Source: an uncultured Candidatus Saccharibacteria bacterium (GTDB lineage: Bacteria > Patescibacteriota > Minisyncoccia > UBA6257 > 1-14-0-10-44-23). From it: a stretch of 64,000 nucleotides of DNA. Location: positions 635 to 64,634 of the forward strand of contig CAYMXN010000003.1 in assembly GCA_964394435.1 (NCBI GenBank), given 5' to 3'. The position numbers and the translations under genes are program-made. Every line of letters begins with the position of its first letter. Positions within the stretch are counted from its first letter, which is position 1. Below the pieces are notes generated by a model. The model saw only the letters and a list, made by a program, of their open reading frames with translations, did no database searches and was not told where the DNA came from. Shown here in pieces: positions 28,639 through 37,631 of this stretch.

Positions 28639-28701
28639 TGTTAATCTACCCCCACACCCAAATCTGATACCGGTAAGTACGAATGGTGCTAGAATGATGA
28701 T

Positions 28702-29334
28702 ATGAAACTCATTATTATTTTGGCAGTCATATTTGTGCTCTGGTCAGTTTGGGGATTTATTGGTTCTCGTGTTGAACAAGCGGACTATAAGGTGGTGAAG
28801 CAGATGGATGGATATGAGATCAGGGAGTATCCGGCGCATATCGTAGCGCAGACTACCGTAAAGGGCTCCTATGGAGAGTCGATGGGCCAAGGTTTTAGCA
28901 TTGTGGCGGGATATATTTTTGGTGGGAATGCGAAAAAAGAAAGCATCGCCATGACCGCTCCGGTGGTTGCACAGCAGGGAGGGGGTGAAAAAATATCAGA
29001 ACGTATCGCTATGACCGCTCCCGTAGTAGCCACGGCAGAGGGTGATTCGCAGACTATCTCGTTTGGTATGCCTCGCTCGTATACGCTCGAGACACTACCG
29101 ACACCAGATGACTCACGGGTGAAAATCGTGATGATTCCTACCAAGAAATACGCAGTACTACAGTTTTCGTGGTATCGCACCGATGCGCGCATTAAGCAGA
29201 TGCAGGAAAAGCTGCGTGCCGCGCTAACTCGTGACGGAGTGGTCGCGCAGGGAGGTGTCGCGTACGCCGGGTACAACGCGCCGTGGACTCCGCCTTGGAT
29301 GAGTCGGAACGAGGTATTAATTGAAGTTCAATAA
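28702..29334 (+). CDS. SOUL heme-binding family protein
   Basis: YEIREY, AGYIFGGN, duplicated IAMTAPV, P.P.D..V, YNAPWT..RNEV. Confidence 0.9.
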   Translation: MKLIIILAVIFVLWSVWGFIGSRVEQADYKVVKQMDGYEIREYPAHIVAQTTVKGSYGESMGQGFSIVAGYIFGGNAKKESIAMTAPVVAQQGGGEKISERIAMTAPVVATAEGDSQTISFGMPRSYTLETLPTPDDSRVKIVMIPTKKYAVLQFSWYRTDARIKQMQEKLRAALTRDGVVAQGGVAYAGYNAPWTPPWMSRNEVLIEVQ

Positions 29335-29367
29335 CGATAGTTATCTCAATATAAAAAATAGTATTCT

Positions 29368-29820
29368 ATGTCGAATCTAGACTTTTGGGGATTGTTCGTG
29401 ATGCTCGCCGGATTTATTATCGGCCTTGGTGCGGTGACTGTGATTGATATTCACGGCTTTTTAGGTAGAAAGTCTTCGTACTGGACAGAAGCTACTATTC
29501 GTACGCACAAGGTGACTAAGCCGCTCATCTGGGTTGGCATCGCGTTGGCTATCGTTGGCGGCGCTCTTCTGTATCGCGGCGAATCACTCTCGGGTATTCC
29601 GCTGTATCACGCTTTGATCGCCGGGACATTAATTCTTAACGGATTATTTTTGTCATTTCAGGTGAGCCCGTTTTTAGTGAAGCGGGAGAGCGAGGGGAGG
29701 CAAGCGGAGCTTTTGCCAGCTTCACTACAGAACAAGATTGTTGTCAGTCTTCTCGTTTCTGATATCGGTTGGTGGGGCGGGCTCGTTTTGCTCGTGTGTC
29801 ATCTCGTCTCGAGATCGTAA
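29368..29820 (+). CDS. Four-TM membrane protein resembling the C-terminal domain of the VKOR fusion at 51399
   Basis: IGLG..T..D, NG..L...VSP.L and S..W..  motifs shared by eye. Confidence 0.7.
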   Translation: MSNLDFWGLFVMLAGFIIGLGAVTVIDIHGFLGRKSSYWTEATIRTHKVTKPLIWVGIALAIVGGALLYRGESLSGIPLYHALIAGTLILNGLFLSFQVSPFLVKRESEGRQAELLPASLQNKIVVSLLVSDIGWWGGLVLLVCHLVSRS

Positions 29821-29833
29821 TCACGCTTAGTTC

Positions 29834-29906
29834 GCCCTTGTAGCTCAATGGATTGAGCAAGCCGCTTCTATCGGCGAGGTTGTAGGTTCAAATCCTGCCA
29901 AGGGCA
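29834..29906 (+). tRNA. tRNA-Arg(TCT), slightly atypical
   Basis: GCCCTTG/CAAGGGC acceptor, GCTC/GAGC D-stem, GCCG-CTTCTAT-CGGC anticodon arm, GTAGG-TTCAAAT-CCTGC T arm; no encoded CCA. Confidence 0.85.
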
Positions 29907-29928
29907 CGAGTTGTGATATTCTAAATTA

Positions 29929-30549
29929 ATGACTTTGTATCAAAAGTTTCAGGCGAAGCTACTAAGAAAGTGGAGTAGGGAGTAGGAAGACCCGCAGATT
30001 GTGGCCTTTAAAAAGGCGGCATTTGCGCACCTAGCCGGAACGGTTGTTGAGATTGGTCCGGGCGCGGGTACCAACCTCAAATACTATCCCAAGGATATCG
30101 CTTGGACGGGCATCGAGCCAAACTCCGCAGTTAATACGTCACTACTCGCAGAAGCTGAAAAATGTGGGTTAAAAACCTATGCGATTCAAAACAGCGCGGG
30201 CGAAAAGCTGCCACTTGCTGATAATAGTTGTGACGCAGTGATCGCTACGTATGTGCTGTGTTCAGTTAAAGACCAGGCGCAGGTACTAAGTGAAATCAAG
30301 CGCGTGCTGAAGCCGGGCGGAGAGTATATTTTTCTCGAACATGTTGCCGCACCGCGCGGGAGCATGTTTCGTATATTTCAAAATCTCACTACCTTTTTTC
30401 ATCGCCTGATCGCCGGAAACTGTCATGTAAATCGGGAGACAGAAGACGCGCTCCAGTCCGCCGGATTTGAGCATATCGAGAGCCATACCCAGGGAATCAA
30501 ATTTGCCATGCTTAGCTGGCCGCACATCTGGGGTAGCGCGATAAAATAA
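29929..30549 (+). pseudogene. Class I SAM methyltransferase interrupted by in-frame TAG at 29983-29985
   Basis: ATG 29929 after TATTCT is in frame with 30001..30549 (VEIGPGAG, RVLKPGG, FLEHV); single amber at codon 19. Confidence 0.7.
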
Positions 30550-30554
30550 AAGTC

Positions 30555-30911
30555 ATGAACCTATCCATTAAAACCGTTGATGAGTATCTCGCCCAGTTTT
30601 CTGGCGACGTATTAAAGCGGCTCAAGACGATGCGAGCGCTCGTCGAAAAATGTGCGCCCAAAGCCGAGGAGATGATTCGCTACGGTATGCCGGCGTATAA
30701 AATCAATAATCAGCCCGTGGTGTATTTTGCGGCGATGAAAAAGCATATCGGTTTATATCCGACGCCAAGTGCAATTAACGCGTTTAAAGCAAAGCTGAAA
30801 GACTATGCGTGTTCGAAAGGAGCGATTCAACTGCCACTAGACAAACCGCTACCTACTCCGCTCATTGCCACAATTGTTAAGTTTAGGTTGAAAGAGGTCG
30901 CGGGAAAGTGA
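30555..30911 (+). CDS. DUF1801/YdhG-like protein
   Basis: TVDEY, P.AEE.I.YGMP, K.HIGLYP, KG.IQ.P.DKP. Confidence 0.85.
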   Translation: MNLSIKTVDEYLAQFSGDVLKRLKTMRALVEKCAPKAEEMIRYGMPAYKINNQPVVYFAAMKKHIGLYPTPSAINAFKAKLKDYACSKGAIQLPLDKPLPTPLIATIVKFRLKEVAGK

Positions 30912-30924
30912 TATACACATATAT

Positions 30925-31170
30925 ATGCAAAAACAAAATTGTAACGCGTGCCAGAGTTGCTTGATGCCATTTTCAAAAGATACGGGGGTACGGGAGAACC
31001 CACTCTATTGCAGTCTGTGTTTTTCAGGCGGGAAGCTCTGCTATGAAGGGAGTGATTTGAAAGAGTTTCAGAAGGTGTGTTATGAGAGTATGCGTAAGCA
31101 TGGCATGGGGATGCTAAAGGCGAAGTTTTTTACGTTTATGATTCGATTCGCTCCGCGTTGGAAAAAATAA
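30925..31170 (+). CDS. Putative zinc ribbon protein
   Basis: CQSCLMP..YCSLC..RWK. Confidence 0.8.
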   Translation: MQKQNCNACQSCLMPFSKDTGVRENPLYCSLCFSGGKLCYEGSDLKEFQKVCYESMRKHGMGMLKAKFFTFMIRFAPRWKK

Positions 31171-31460
31171 TGAATCTTTCGTTTAAAGCCAATGTCTGGC
31201 TGTATCCGGGGCACGCCGGGTGGCATTTTGTTTCATTACCAAAAGACGTAGCGGCGAAGGTGAGTACGCATCAAGAGGGAAAGCCGCGGCGTGGTTGGGG
31301 TGCGGTGGCGGCTACGGTACACGTTGGTTCGAGTGTCTGGAAAACGTCTATATTTCCAGATAAAAAAACTGGGACATACTTACTCGCGCTGAAGGCCGAG
31401 GTGCGTAAAAAGGAGGGGATTTTTGCAAATGATAGTATCAAGATTAAGATTGAGATATAA
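31170..31460 (+). CDS. DUF1905 protein
   Basis: WHFVSLP, WG.V, W.TSIFP, LK.EVRKKEG. Confidence 0.85.
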   Translation: MNLSFKANVWLYPGHAGWHFVSLPKDVAAKVSTHQEGKPRRGWGAVAATVHVGSSVWKTSIFPDKKTGTYLLALKAEVRKKEGIFANDSIKIKIEI

Positions 31461-31467
31461 TAACCAC

Positions 31468-32085
31468 ATGAAAAACAATAGGAACAAAGGATTTGCGCCA
31501 ATATTTATCATCTTAATTGTTGTCGCCGTAGGCGCGATTACCTATGCGGTTGTGCCAAAAACTGTATTAAAAGATTTTTTTGAAAAAGGAGATAAGCCTA
31601 CCCAACAGCAATTTTCGGATACGATTGATTCAGCGTTGAACCTGCAGGATGATGGTATTTCGACAGCAAAAAAGGAGTATAGCCCAACAAAAGAGTACGC
31701 GGTGGGTGATACGGCTGTAAAAAATCAACCGATTTATCAGGCGAAGGTGCTTACACAAGCCGAGACAGAGTTTAAGCTTGACGCTGATCAAGCAGTGACG
31801 TTTAAGTGGACGCCGATTGTGTCAAAACCTCAAGAGCCAACTACCTATCGCTTGAAAGTGTGGCAGTTGATGCAGGGGCAGAGTGGTTCGCAGGCGATGA
31901 AAGCAAATCAGCCAATAGCTACCAAAGAGGTTGTTGATGGTACCGAGGCGACGCTAAGTGGTATTTACACCGGTCCATGCCGTCCGCCATATCTATGTGA
32001 CTTTATTTGGAGTGTTGAAGTTGTCGCGAAGGCCGAATCAACAACCGGGACCAGTGGATCAGCTGGAGCACCAGCTCATGAATAA
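31468..32085 (+). CDS. Mosaic surface protein with prepilin-like N-terminus
   Basis: NKG/FAPIFIILIVV N-terminus; LKDFFEKGDKPTQQQFSDTIDS; C-terminal beta domain. Confidence 0.7.
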   Translation: MKNNRNKGFAPIFIILIVVAVGAITYAVVPKTVLKDFFEKGDKPTQQQFSDTIDSALNLQDDGISTAKKEYSPTKEYAVGDTAVKNQPIYQAKVLTQAETEFKLDADQAVTFKWTPIVSKPQEPTTYRLKVWQLMQGQSGSQAMKANQPIATKEVVDGTEATLSGIYTGPCRPPYLCDFIWSVEVVAKAESTTGTSGSAGAPAHE

Positions 32086-32395
32086 AAATCCATATATCAA
32101 CGCACTGCTCGCCGCACTCTACATCGCACTGCTCGTGTTTGGTGTGTCGACATTTGTCGATCAGCCAGACAAGCAGGCATCGCTCCTCGCTCCGATTGCT
32201 ATGCTTTCACTGCTAACACTATCAGCTGCAGTGATGGGCTACCTATTTGTCGGTACGCCACTCATGCTCTATATCGATGGTCACAAAAAAGAAGCAGTAA
32301 GGTTTTTCTTAAAAACAGTCGGTGGCTTCGCCTTACTAACAATCATCTTTTTAGTCTTACTTAGCAGTCAGATAAGCGGGCAAAAGTTTTTGTAG
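32078..32395 (+). CDS. Membrane protein
   Basis: Three TM; KNPYINA..LSAAVMGYLF..P..LY.DG.KKEA..FF. Confidence 0.7.
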   Translation: MNKNPYINALLAALYIALLVFGVSTFVDQPDKQASLLAPIAMLSLLTLSAAVMGYLFVGTPLMLYIDGHKKEAVRFFLKTVGGFALLTIIFLVLLSSQISGQKFL

Positions 32396-32469
32396 GCGAG
32401 TACTTGGTATAGTTGCAAAAAGAGCACGCTCTCGATATAGTCATCGCAGTTCTCAAAGGGGTATTCATC

Positions 32470-32727
32470 ATGAAGAAGCGACCGGAACCGCTCTCGTACT
32501 CGTTCCAAAGCAGAAAGGAGAGTCGGAGGTTCTTCTGGCAGATCCTGGCGAGTGGCATTTGGCACTTACTGAAAGTTGCCGCGATCATGCTGACGAGCCT
32601 AATGGTTGCCCAGGGAGACTCCAGGTTCGCGTTAACAAACGGCCAATGGTCGTTGTTGATGAGTATTTGTATCATCGGAGCGTGCATAACGCATCGCGAC
32701 AATGATTCACGGTTCAAGGGTGTATAG
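32470..32727 (+). CDS. Two-TM ORFan (SD-led unit)
   Basis: TTGCAA-N17-TATAGT; AAGGGGGT SD-like; terminator CCCCCGGTCC..GGGTCGGGGG-TTTT. Confidence 0.6.
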   Translation: MKKRPEPLSYSFQSRKESRRFFWQILASGIWHLLKVAAIMLTSLMVAQGDSRFALTNGQWSLLMSICIIGACITHRDNDSRFKGV

Positions 32728-32844
32728 GAGAGTGAGCTGTCTGGCGTGTGTCTGCCCCCGGTCCGAAAAGGGTCGGGGGTTTTACTTTTGATAAGAACCC
32801 AGGGTTTTGTTAATCGACTCTAAGCTGGTATATGATTAGTCTAT

Positions 32845-33396
32845 ATGAATAATCAAAATGGTATCTCTAAAATCTTTATCATCATTAGTATCGCGCTTAT
32901 TATCGGCATCGCTGCATGGTTAGGAGTTTTCTCAAAGAAAGCATTTGAAGTCCCGGCAAGCTGGAAAACGTTTGATGGTCCAGGATTTACGATGCGCTAT
33001 CCGGAAACAATCGGTACAAAATATATTACCGCCACCGAGTGGCCGCCTAAAACACAATTATTTGCAGGGAACCCGGTTTGTAATGCGAGCGGATCAGAGA
33101 CTGATGCTGCGGGCATAACCGAGAAAAAGGAAATTAATGGGAGGGTGTACTGCACCGCGAAAAAATCAGAAGGTGCCGCAGGCAGCACATACACGCAATA
33201 TGTATATGCGCTTTCAAAGGGAGAAAATAAGGCGATTGTCGTTTCATTTAATCTTCGCTTGGTACAGTGCGGTAATTTTGATGATCCAGAAAAGACGGAG
33301 TGCGAGCAAGAGCGAAAAACATTTGATATTGATGAGCTCGTAGATCAAATTGCGCAGACCATTATTACGACAGCGAGTAGTACGACCGCGAAATAG
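32845..33396 (+). CDS. Membrane-anchored protein with prepilin-like N-terminus
   Basis: NQNG/ISKIFIIIS; WPP, EGAAGS.Y motif, four Cys. Confidence 0.7.
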   Translation: MNNQNGISKIFIIISIALIIGIAAWLGVFSKKAFEVPASWKTFDGPGFTMRYPETIGTKYITATEWPPKTQLFAGNPVCNASGSETDAAGITEKKEINGRVYCTAKKSEGAAGSTYTQYVYALSKGENKAIVVSFNLRLVQCGNFDDPEKTECEQERKTFDIDELVDQIAQTIITTASSTTAK

Positions 33397-33399
33397 AAA

Positions 33400-33618
33400 A
33401 TGGAGAAAATAAAGAGATATATGCAGTATCACGCAGATGGGAGTGTCTGGGCGAAGGGCTATTTAGCTGGTAAACAGATGGAGGGAGGGTGGACTTGGTT
33501 TCGTAAGGATGGTACCAAAATGCGTTCGGGGAGTTTTAAAAGCGGGAAGCAATACGGCGAGTGGATTACTTATGATAAAAAAGGTAAGGTAGTTAAGAAA
33601 ACAATAATAAAAAAATAA
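33400..33618 (+). CDS. Small MORN-variant repeat protein
   Basis: G.W.WFRKDG..RSGSF..G...GEW.TYD..G. Confidence 0.75.
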   Translation: MEKIKRYMQYHADGSVWAKGYLAGKQMEGGWTWFRKDGTKMRSGSFKSGKQYGEWITYDKKGKVVKKTIIKK

Positions 33619-33619
33619 T

Positions 33620-34012
33620 ATGAGTTATGTAGATGGATTTGTGATAGTAGTAAAGAAGTCAAAATTAGAAGAGTATAAAAAGATGGCCGAGGTCGGCAAG
33701 GCGGTATGGCTTAAGCATGGCGCCTTAGATTATAAAGAGTGTGTAGGTGAGGACCTGACTCCGGTGATGCCGGATATGCCTGGGATGGAGAATATGCCGA
33801 AACAGAAGACATTTGTTGAGCTTGCCGGCGCGCAGCCGGATGAGGCAGTTATTTTTTCGTATATTGTTTTTAAAGATCGAATGCACCGAGATGAGGTGAA
33901 CGCGAAAGTGATGAGCGACCCGTCTATGACTCCAGAGGCCATGAAAGATCAGCCGATGCCGTTTGAGATGAACAAGATGACATACGGCGGTTTTCAGGCG
34001 ATCGTTGAATAA
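33620..34012 (+). CDS. DUF1428 protein
   Basis: YVDGFV, HGAL.Y.EC, HRD.VN.KVM.DP, MPF..M.YGGF. Confidence 0.9.
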   Translation: MSYVDGFVIVVKKSKLEEYKKMAEVGKAVWLKHGALDYKECVGEDLTPVMPDMPGMENMPKQKTFVELAGAQPDEAVIFSYIVFKDRMHRDEVNAKVMSDPSMTPEAMKDQPMPFEMNKMTYGGFQAIVE

Positions 34013-34032
34013 AATTAATAAGCAATAATACT

Positions 34033-34467
34033 ATGGATCCAGTAGTACATTTTGAGATGGGGTATAACGATCGGGAGCGGATGAAGAAGTTTTATACATC
34101 TACGTTTGGATGGAAAACGCAGCAGCTCGGGCCAGAAATGGGCGAGTATGTCGTGGCACAAACCACCGAGACTGACGCAGATGGCATGATTAAGACGCCT
34201 GGCAATATTAATGGAGGATTTTACGCAAAGACCGCGAGCCCTGACTCGCACGCTCCTTCGGTAGTAATCGCGGTCAAAGATATGAAAAAAGCCATACAGG
34301 ACGTGGTAGCAAACGGCGGCAAAATAAAAGGCGCGATGGGGCAAGACGGCAAGGTGAGTATGGAGCCGCAAATGATTCCAGGGGTCGGACTCTGGATCTC
34401 AATCGAGGATACCGAGGGTAATCGAGTGAGTATGCTGCAGCCCGAACCTATGGCGGGAAATAAATAA
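34033..34467 (+). CDS. VOC/glyoxalase family protein
   Basis: VVHFE, FY...FGW, INGG, DTEGN. Confidence 0.88.
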   Translation: MDPVVHFEMGYNDRERMKKFYTSTFGWKTQQLGPEMGEYVVAQTTETDADGMIKTPGNINGGFYAKTASPDSHAPSVVIAVKDMKKAIQDVVANGGKIKGAMGQDGKVSMEPQMIPGVGLWISIEDTEGNRVSMLQPEPMAGNK

Positions 34468-34468
34468 T

Positions 34469-34960
34469 ATGAAGCAAAACATAACTCCATTTTTGTGGTT
34501 TGATAAACAAGCTGAAGAGGCGATGCAGTTTTATACTTCAATTTTTCCGAACTCAAAAATCGTAAGTATAAAAAAATATCCAGACAGTGGGTTGCAGGGT
34601 CCGATGGCGGGCATGGAAGGCAAGGTTCTGACGGGCGTATTTGAGTTAATGGGGCAGACGTTTATGTGCTTAGATGGCGGACCTTACTTTAAGCCATCTG
34701 GAGCAGTTTCATTTTATGTAGAGTGCGAGGATCAAAAAGAAGTGGACGCGTACTGGGATAAGTTGATCGAGGGTGGCGATCCGCAGGCGCAACAGTGTGG
34801 CTGGCTTAAGGATAAATACGGGTTTAGCTGGCAGATTATTCCAAAGGCCCTGCCGGAACTGTTAGGCAGAGACTCATCTGGAAAAGTGATGCAAGCGATG
34901 CTCGGAATGAAAAAGATTGAGGTTGCCGAACTACAAAAGGCCGCAGAGGGGAAGCAGTAA
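34469..34960 (+). CDS. VOC family protein (PhnB/3-demethylubiquinone methyltransferase-like)
   Basis: ITPFLWF..QAEEA..FY, CGWLKDKYG.SWQI. Confidence 0.9.
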   Translation: MKQNITPFLWFDKQAEEAMQFYTSIFPNSKIVSIKKYPDSGLQGPMAGMEGKVLTGVFELMGQTFMCLDGGPYFKPSGAVSFYVECEDQKEVDAYWDKLIEGGDPQAQQCGWLKDKYGFSWQIIPKALPELLGRDSSGKVMQAMLGMKKIEVAELQKAAEGKQ

Positions 34961-34967
34961 TCATAGA

Positions 34968-35534
34968 GTGGAAGAAATCAACATTCATAGTATTATCCGC
35001 TCGCGCCGGCGGAGTATCTCGCTCGTCGTTACGCCCGAGGCGAAACTGATTATTCGCGCTCCGCATCGGGTGCCAGAGCGATACTTGCAGCACTTAGTTG
35101 TGCGCAAGGCTGCTTGGATTACGAAAAAAATCACACAGGCAAAAAGGTATGGGGCGGTATCGATGCCGACAAAAGCACAGGAGCGTGTACAATTTTTAAC
35201 GTATCAAAACCAAGCGCAAAAACTAATCACATCTCGCGTCGAGCACTACTCCCAGCAAACGGGTTGGCGATATGCGGAGGTCAAAATAACTAATACCCGC
35301 AGTCGCTGGGCGTCGTGTAGTCCGACGGGAGTGTTACGATTTTCGTGGCGACTTGTGCACGCACCTCTTGATGTTATTGACTATGTGGTCGTGCACGAGC
35401 TTGCGCATATTAAGCATAAAAATCATTCGCGAGTATTTTGGAGCGCAGTTGCGGAAATTATTCCGGACTATGCGCAAAAACGAAAATGGTTACGGGAGAA
35501 TAAAATATTTTGGAATAGACAAAATCATTTCTAA
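34968..35534 (+). CDS. YgjP/DUF45 metallopeptidase-like protein
   Basis: RWASCS, DYVVVHELAH, NHS..FW; GTG start. Confidence 0.88.
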   Translation: MEEINIHSIIRSRRRSISLVVTPEAKLIIRAPHRVPERYLQHLVVRKAAWITKKITQAKRYGAVSMPTKAQERVQFLTYQNQAQKLITSRVEHYSQQTGWRYAEVKITNTRSRWASCSPTGVLRFSWRLVHAPLDVIDYVVVHELAHIKHKNHSRVFWSAVAEIIPDYAQKRKWLRENKIFWNRQNHF

Positions 35535-35683
35535 AAAGTTATCCACCAAGTCTTCAAAAAAGTATTGTAATACAACCACGTGCTGTCATACTAATAAGTA
35601 AGTAATAACTATTTTTAGGGCACGATAAGCGTGCAGGGTCGAAAAAATGAGTGTCTCAAAAGATATACGTATCAGAACGAACT

Positions 35684-35782
35684 ATGAAAAAGAAAAAAGC
35701 TGCGAAGCGCTCAAAGGCGAAAAAGACTACAAAGAGAAAGACCGCCAAAAGAAAAACGGCAAAGAAGTCTCGTCGCCGTTAA
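35684..35782 (+). CDS. 32-aa Lys/Arg-rich histone H1/protamine-like peptide (not in ORF track)
   Basis: MKKKKAAKRSKAKKTTKRKTAKRKTAKKSRRR; own promoter (TTGTAA..CATACT) and terminator. Confidence 0.7.
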   Translation: MKKKKAAKRSKAKKTTKRKTAKRKTAKKSRRR

Positions 35783-35787
35783 GCATA

Positions 35788-35819
35788 AAAAAACCCGTCA
35801 CGGAAGTGGCGGGTTTTTT
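35788..35819 (+). terminator. Intrinsic terminator
   Basis: AAAAAACCCGTCAC-ggaa-GTGGCGGGTTTTTT. Confidence 0.8.
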
Positions 35820-35849
35820 ATTTGTAGGCGGCAAGAGGGGGAGTCGTGT

Positions 35850-37517
35850 ATGATAGACGGTATGACTCAACAAGAGGCGCTACATATTCTCAAAACAGGT
35901 GCGAACGTTTTTCTCACCGGTGCGGCCGGGAGTGGCAAGACGTTTGTGTTGCGCGAATATATCCGCTACCTCGAAGAGCACGGGGTGACGGTTGGTATTA
36001 CCGCTTCAACAGGCATCGCCGCAACGCATATGGGTGGGATGACGATTCACTCGTGGGCCGGTATTGGCATTGCCGATGTTTTTAGTCAGCGCGAGATTGA
36101 AGAGCTCGCTGAACAGCCGCGTCTTCGCCGCCGCTTTGAGGCAACTGGTGTGCTGATTATTGACGAGATTTCGATGTTGCACGATTTTCGCTTGGATTTA
36201 GTTGATAGCGTCCTGCGCGGTTTACGGGGTAATAATGAGCCATTTGGTGGGATTCAGGTTGTTTTATGCGGCGACTTTTTTCAGCTTCCGCCAGTCTCCC
36301 GTCCGGGTGAGCGCGAAACAAAGTTTGCGTATCACGCACAGTCTTGGCGCGATGCGAACCTACAGATTTGCTATCTCCATGAACAACACCGACAAAGCGA
36401 TAGTCAGTACACTGGACTGCTTAACGCGATTCGCTCAAACGAAGTAAGTGAGGGTGAGTACGAGCTGCTCCGTTCACGGCATAAAAAAGCAATCGCTCAC
36501 GGCGAGGTGGTGACTAAGTTGCACGCCCATAACAACAATGTCGATACAGAAAATGAGAAAGAGCTCGCAAAGCTACCAGGTAAGGCGGTTTCGTATGAGA
36601 TGATGAGTTCGGGTGCGCGCCCGCTCGTAATGGCACTGCAAAAAAACTGTTTAGCCCCAGAAGTATTGACGCTCAAGGTTGGTGCCCGCGTAATGTTTGT
36701 GAAAAACAATCATGATCAGGGGTATGTAAATGGCACGCTGGGAACTGTTAAACGCTGCGAAGAAAACCTGATTGTAGTTGAGACTATTAGCGGCAAGCTT
36801 ATTGTTGTTGAGCCGGAGAGTTGGAAGATTGACGAGGATGGAAAAACTAAAGCAGAAATTAAGCAGTACCCATTGCGTCTCGCGTGGGCGATCACCGTAC
36901 ACAAAAGTCAGGGAATGAGTTTAGACGCGGCCGTAGTCGACCTTGGCCGGTCATTTGCGCCGGGCATGGGATACGTTGCGCTGTCGCGTGTGCGCTCGCT
37001 CGAAGGTCTTTCGCTGATTGGTATGAATGATATGGCTCTTCGCATTAACCCGGAGGTACTTGAGATCGACGAACGGTTTCGTGAGCAGTCTGCGCAGCAC
37101 GTCGCTGCACTGCAGACGATTTCTCCAAAGGAAATTCAGCGCCAACAAGAAGAGTTTTTGGAAAAAGTAGCTCCATTCGGTGGCGTAAAGCAGAAAAAAA
37201 GTGAGCGCGGGGATACGGTAGCGCAAACACGAGAATTAGTAGTTCAAAAAATCCCGTTAGCCGATATGGCCGCCGCGCGCGGAGTTAAAACTGAAACAAT
37301 TCTTTCGCATCTTGAGCAGCTTAGGGCAGATGACGCGACGATCGATATTGAGTATCTGCGTGAGCGGATGCCAACAACCCGATTTAATAAAATACGCGAA
37401 ATGTTTCAGCGCGTGGGTAAAAACGAAGCCGGGCAATACTCACTCTCACCAGTCAGGCAGCGCCTAGGGGATGAGTACTCATACGAAGAGCTCCGTATCG
37501 TGCGATTATTCCTTTAA
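35850..37517 (+). CDS. PIF1-family helicase with C-terminal HTH
   Basis: GAAGSGKT, TASTGIAA, IIDEISM, PFGG..GDFFQLPPV, AITVHKSQG, YVALSR; probable start ATG 35862. Confidence 0.9.
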   Translation: MIDGMTQQEALHILKTGANVFLTGAAGSGKTFVLREYIRYLEEHGVTVGITASTGIAATHMGGMTIHSWAGIGIADVFSQREIEELAEQPRLRRRFEATGVLIIDEISMLHDFRLDLVDSVLRGLRGNNEPFGGIQVVLCGDFFQLPPVSRPGERETKFAYHAQSWRDANLQICYLHEQHRQSDSQYTGLLNAIRSNEVSEGEYELLRSRHKKAIAHGEVVTKLHAHNNNVDTENEKELAKLPGKAVSYEMMSSGARPLVMALQKNCLAPEVLTLKVGARVMFVKNNHDQGYVNGTLGTVKRCEENLIVVETISGKLIVVEPESWKIDEDGKTKAEIKQYPLRLAWAITVHKSQGMSLDAAVVDLGRSFAPGMGYVALSRVRSLEGLSLIGMNDMALRINPEVLEIDERFREQSAQHVAALQTISPKEIQRQQEEFLEKVAPFGGVKQKKSERGDTVAQTRELVVQKIPLADMAAARGVKTETILSHLEQLRADDATIDIEYLRERMPTTRFNKIREMFQRVGKNEAGQYSLSPVRQRLGDEYSYEELRIVRLFL

Positions 37518-37631
37518 GCCACGCGTGGCGCGGGTAATTAGCGTGCTCTAGACAAAATTAATAAATAATGTTATTTTGATTTATCGAGAAAGTAGTCTTT
37601 GTCTCTTTAATTAATCACTCGATATACAAAT

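Noticed and set aside
18736-29906. Integrative island at tRNA-Arg
   Set aside because: No integrase and no duplicated tRNA end found by eye; the defence genes lie upstream of the tRNA.
29983-29985. Genome-wide TAG recoding
   Set aside because: Many conserved genes (radC, copA, dinB, hsdM) end properly at TAG; this is a single case.
35539-35547. Replication origin
   Set aside because: Single imperfect DnaA box; no cluster or dnaA nearby.
35647-35853. 68-aa track ORF
   Set aside because: Crosses a terminator; the 32-aa basic frame fits the promoter-terminator unit better.
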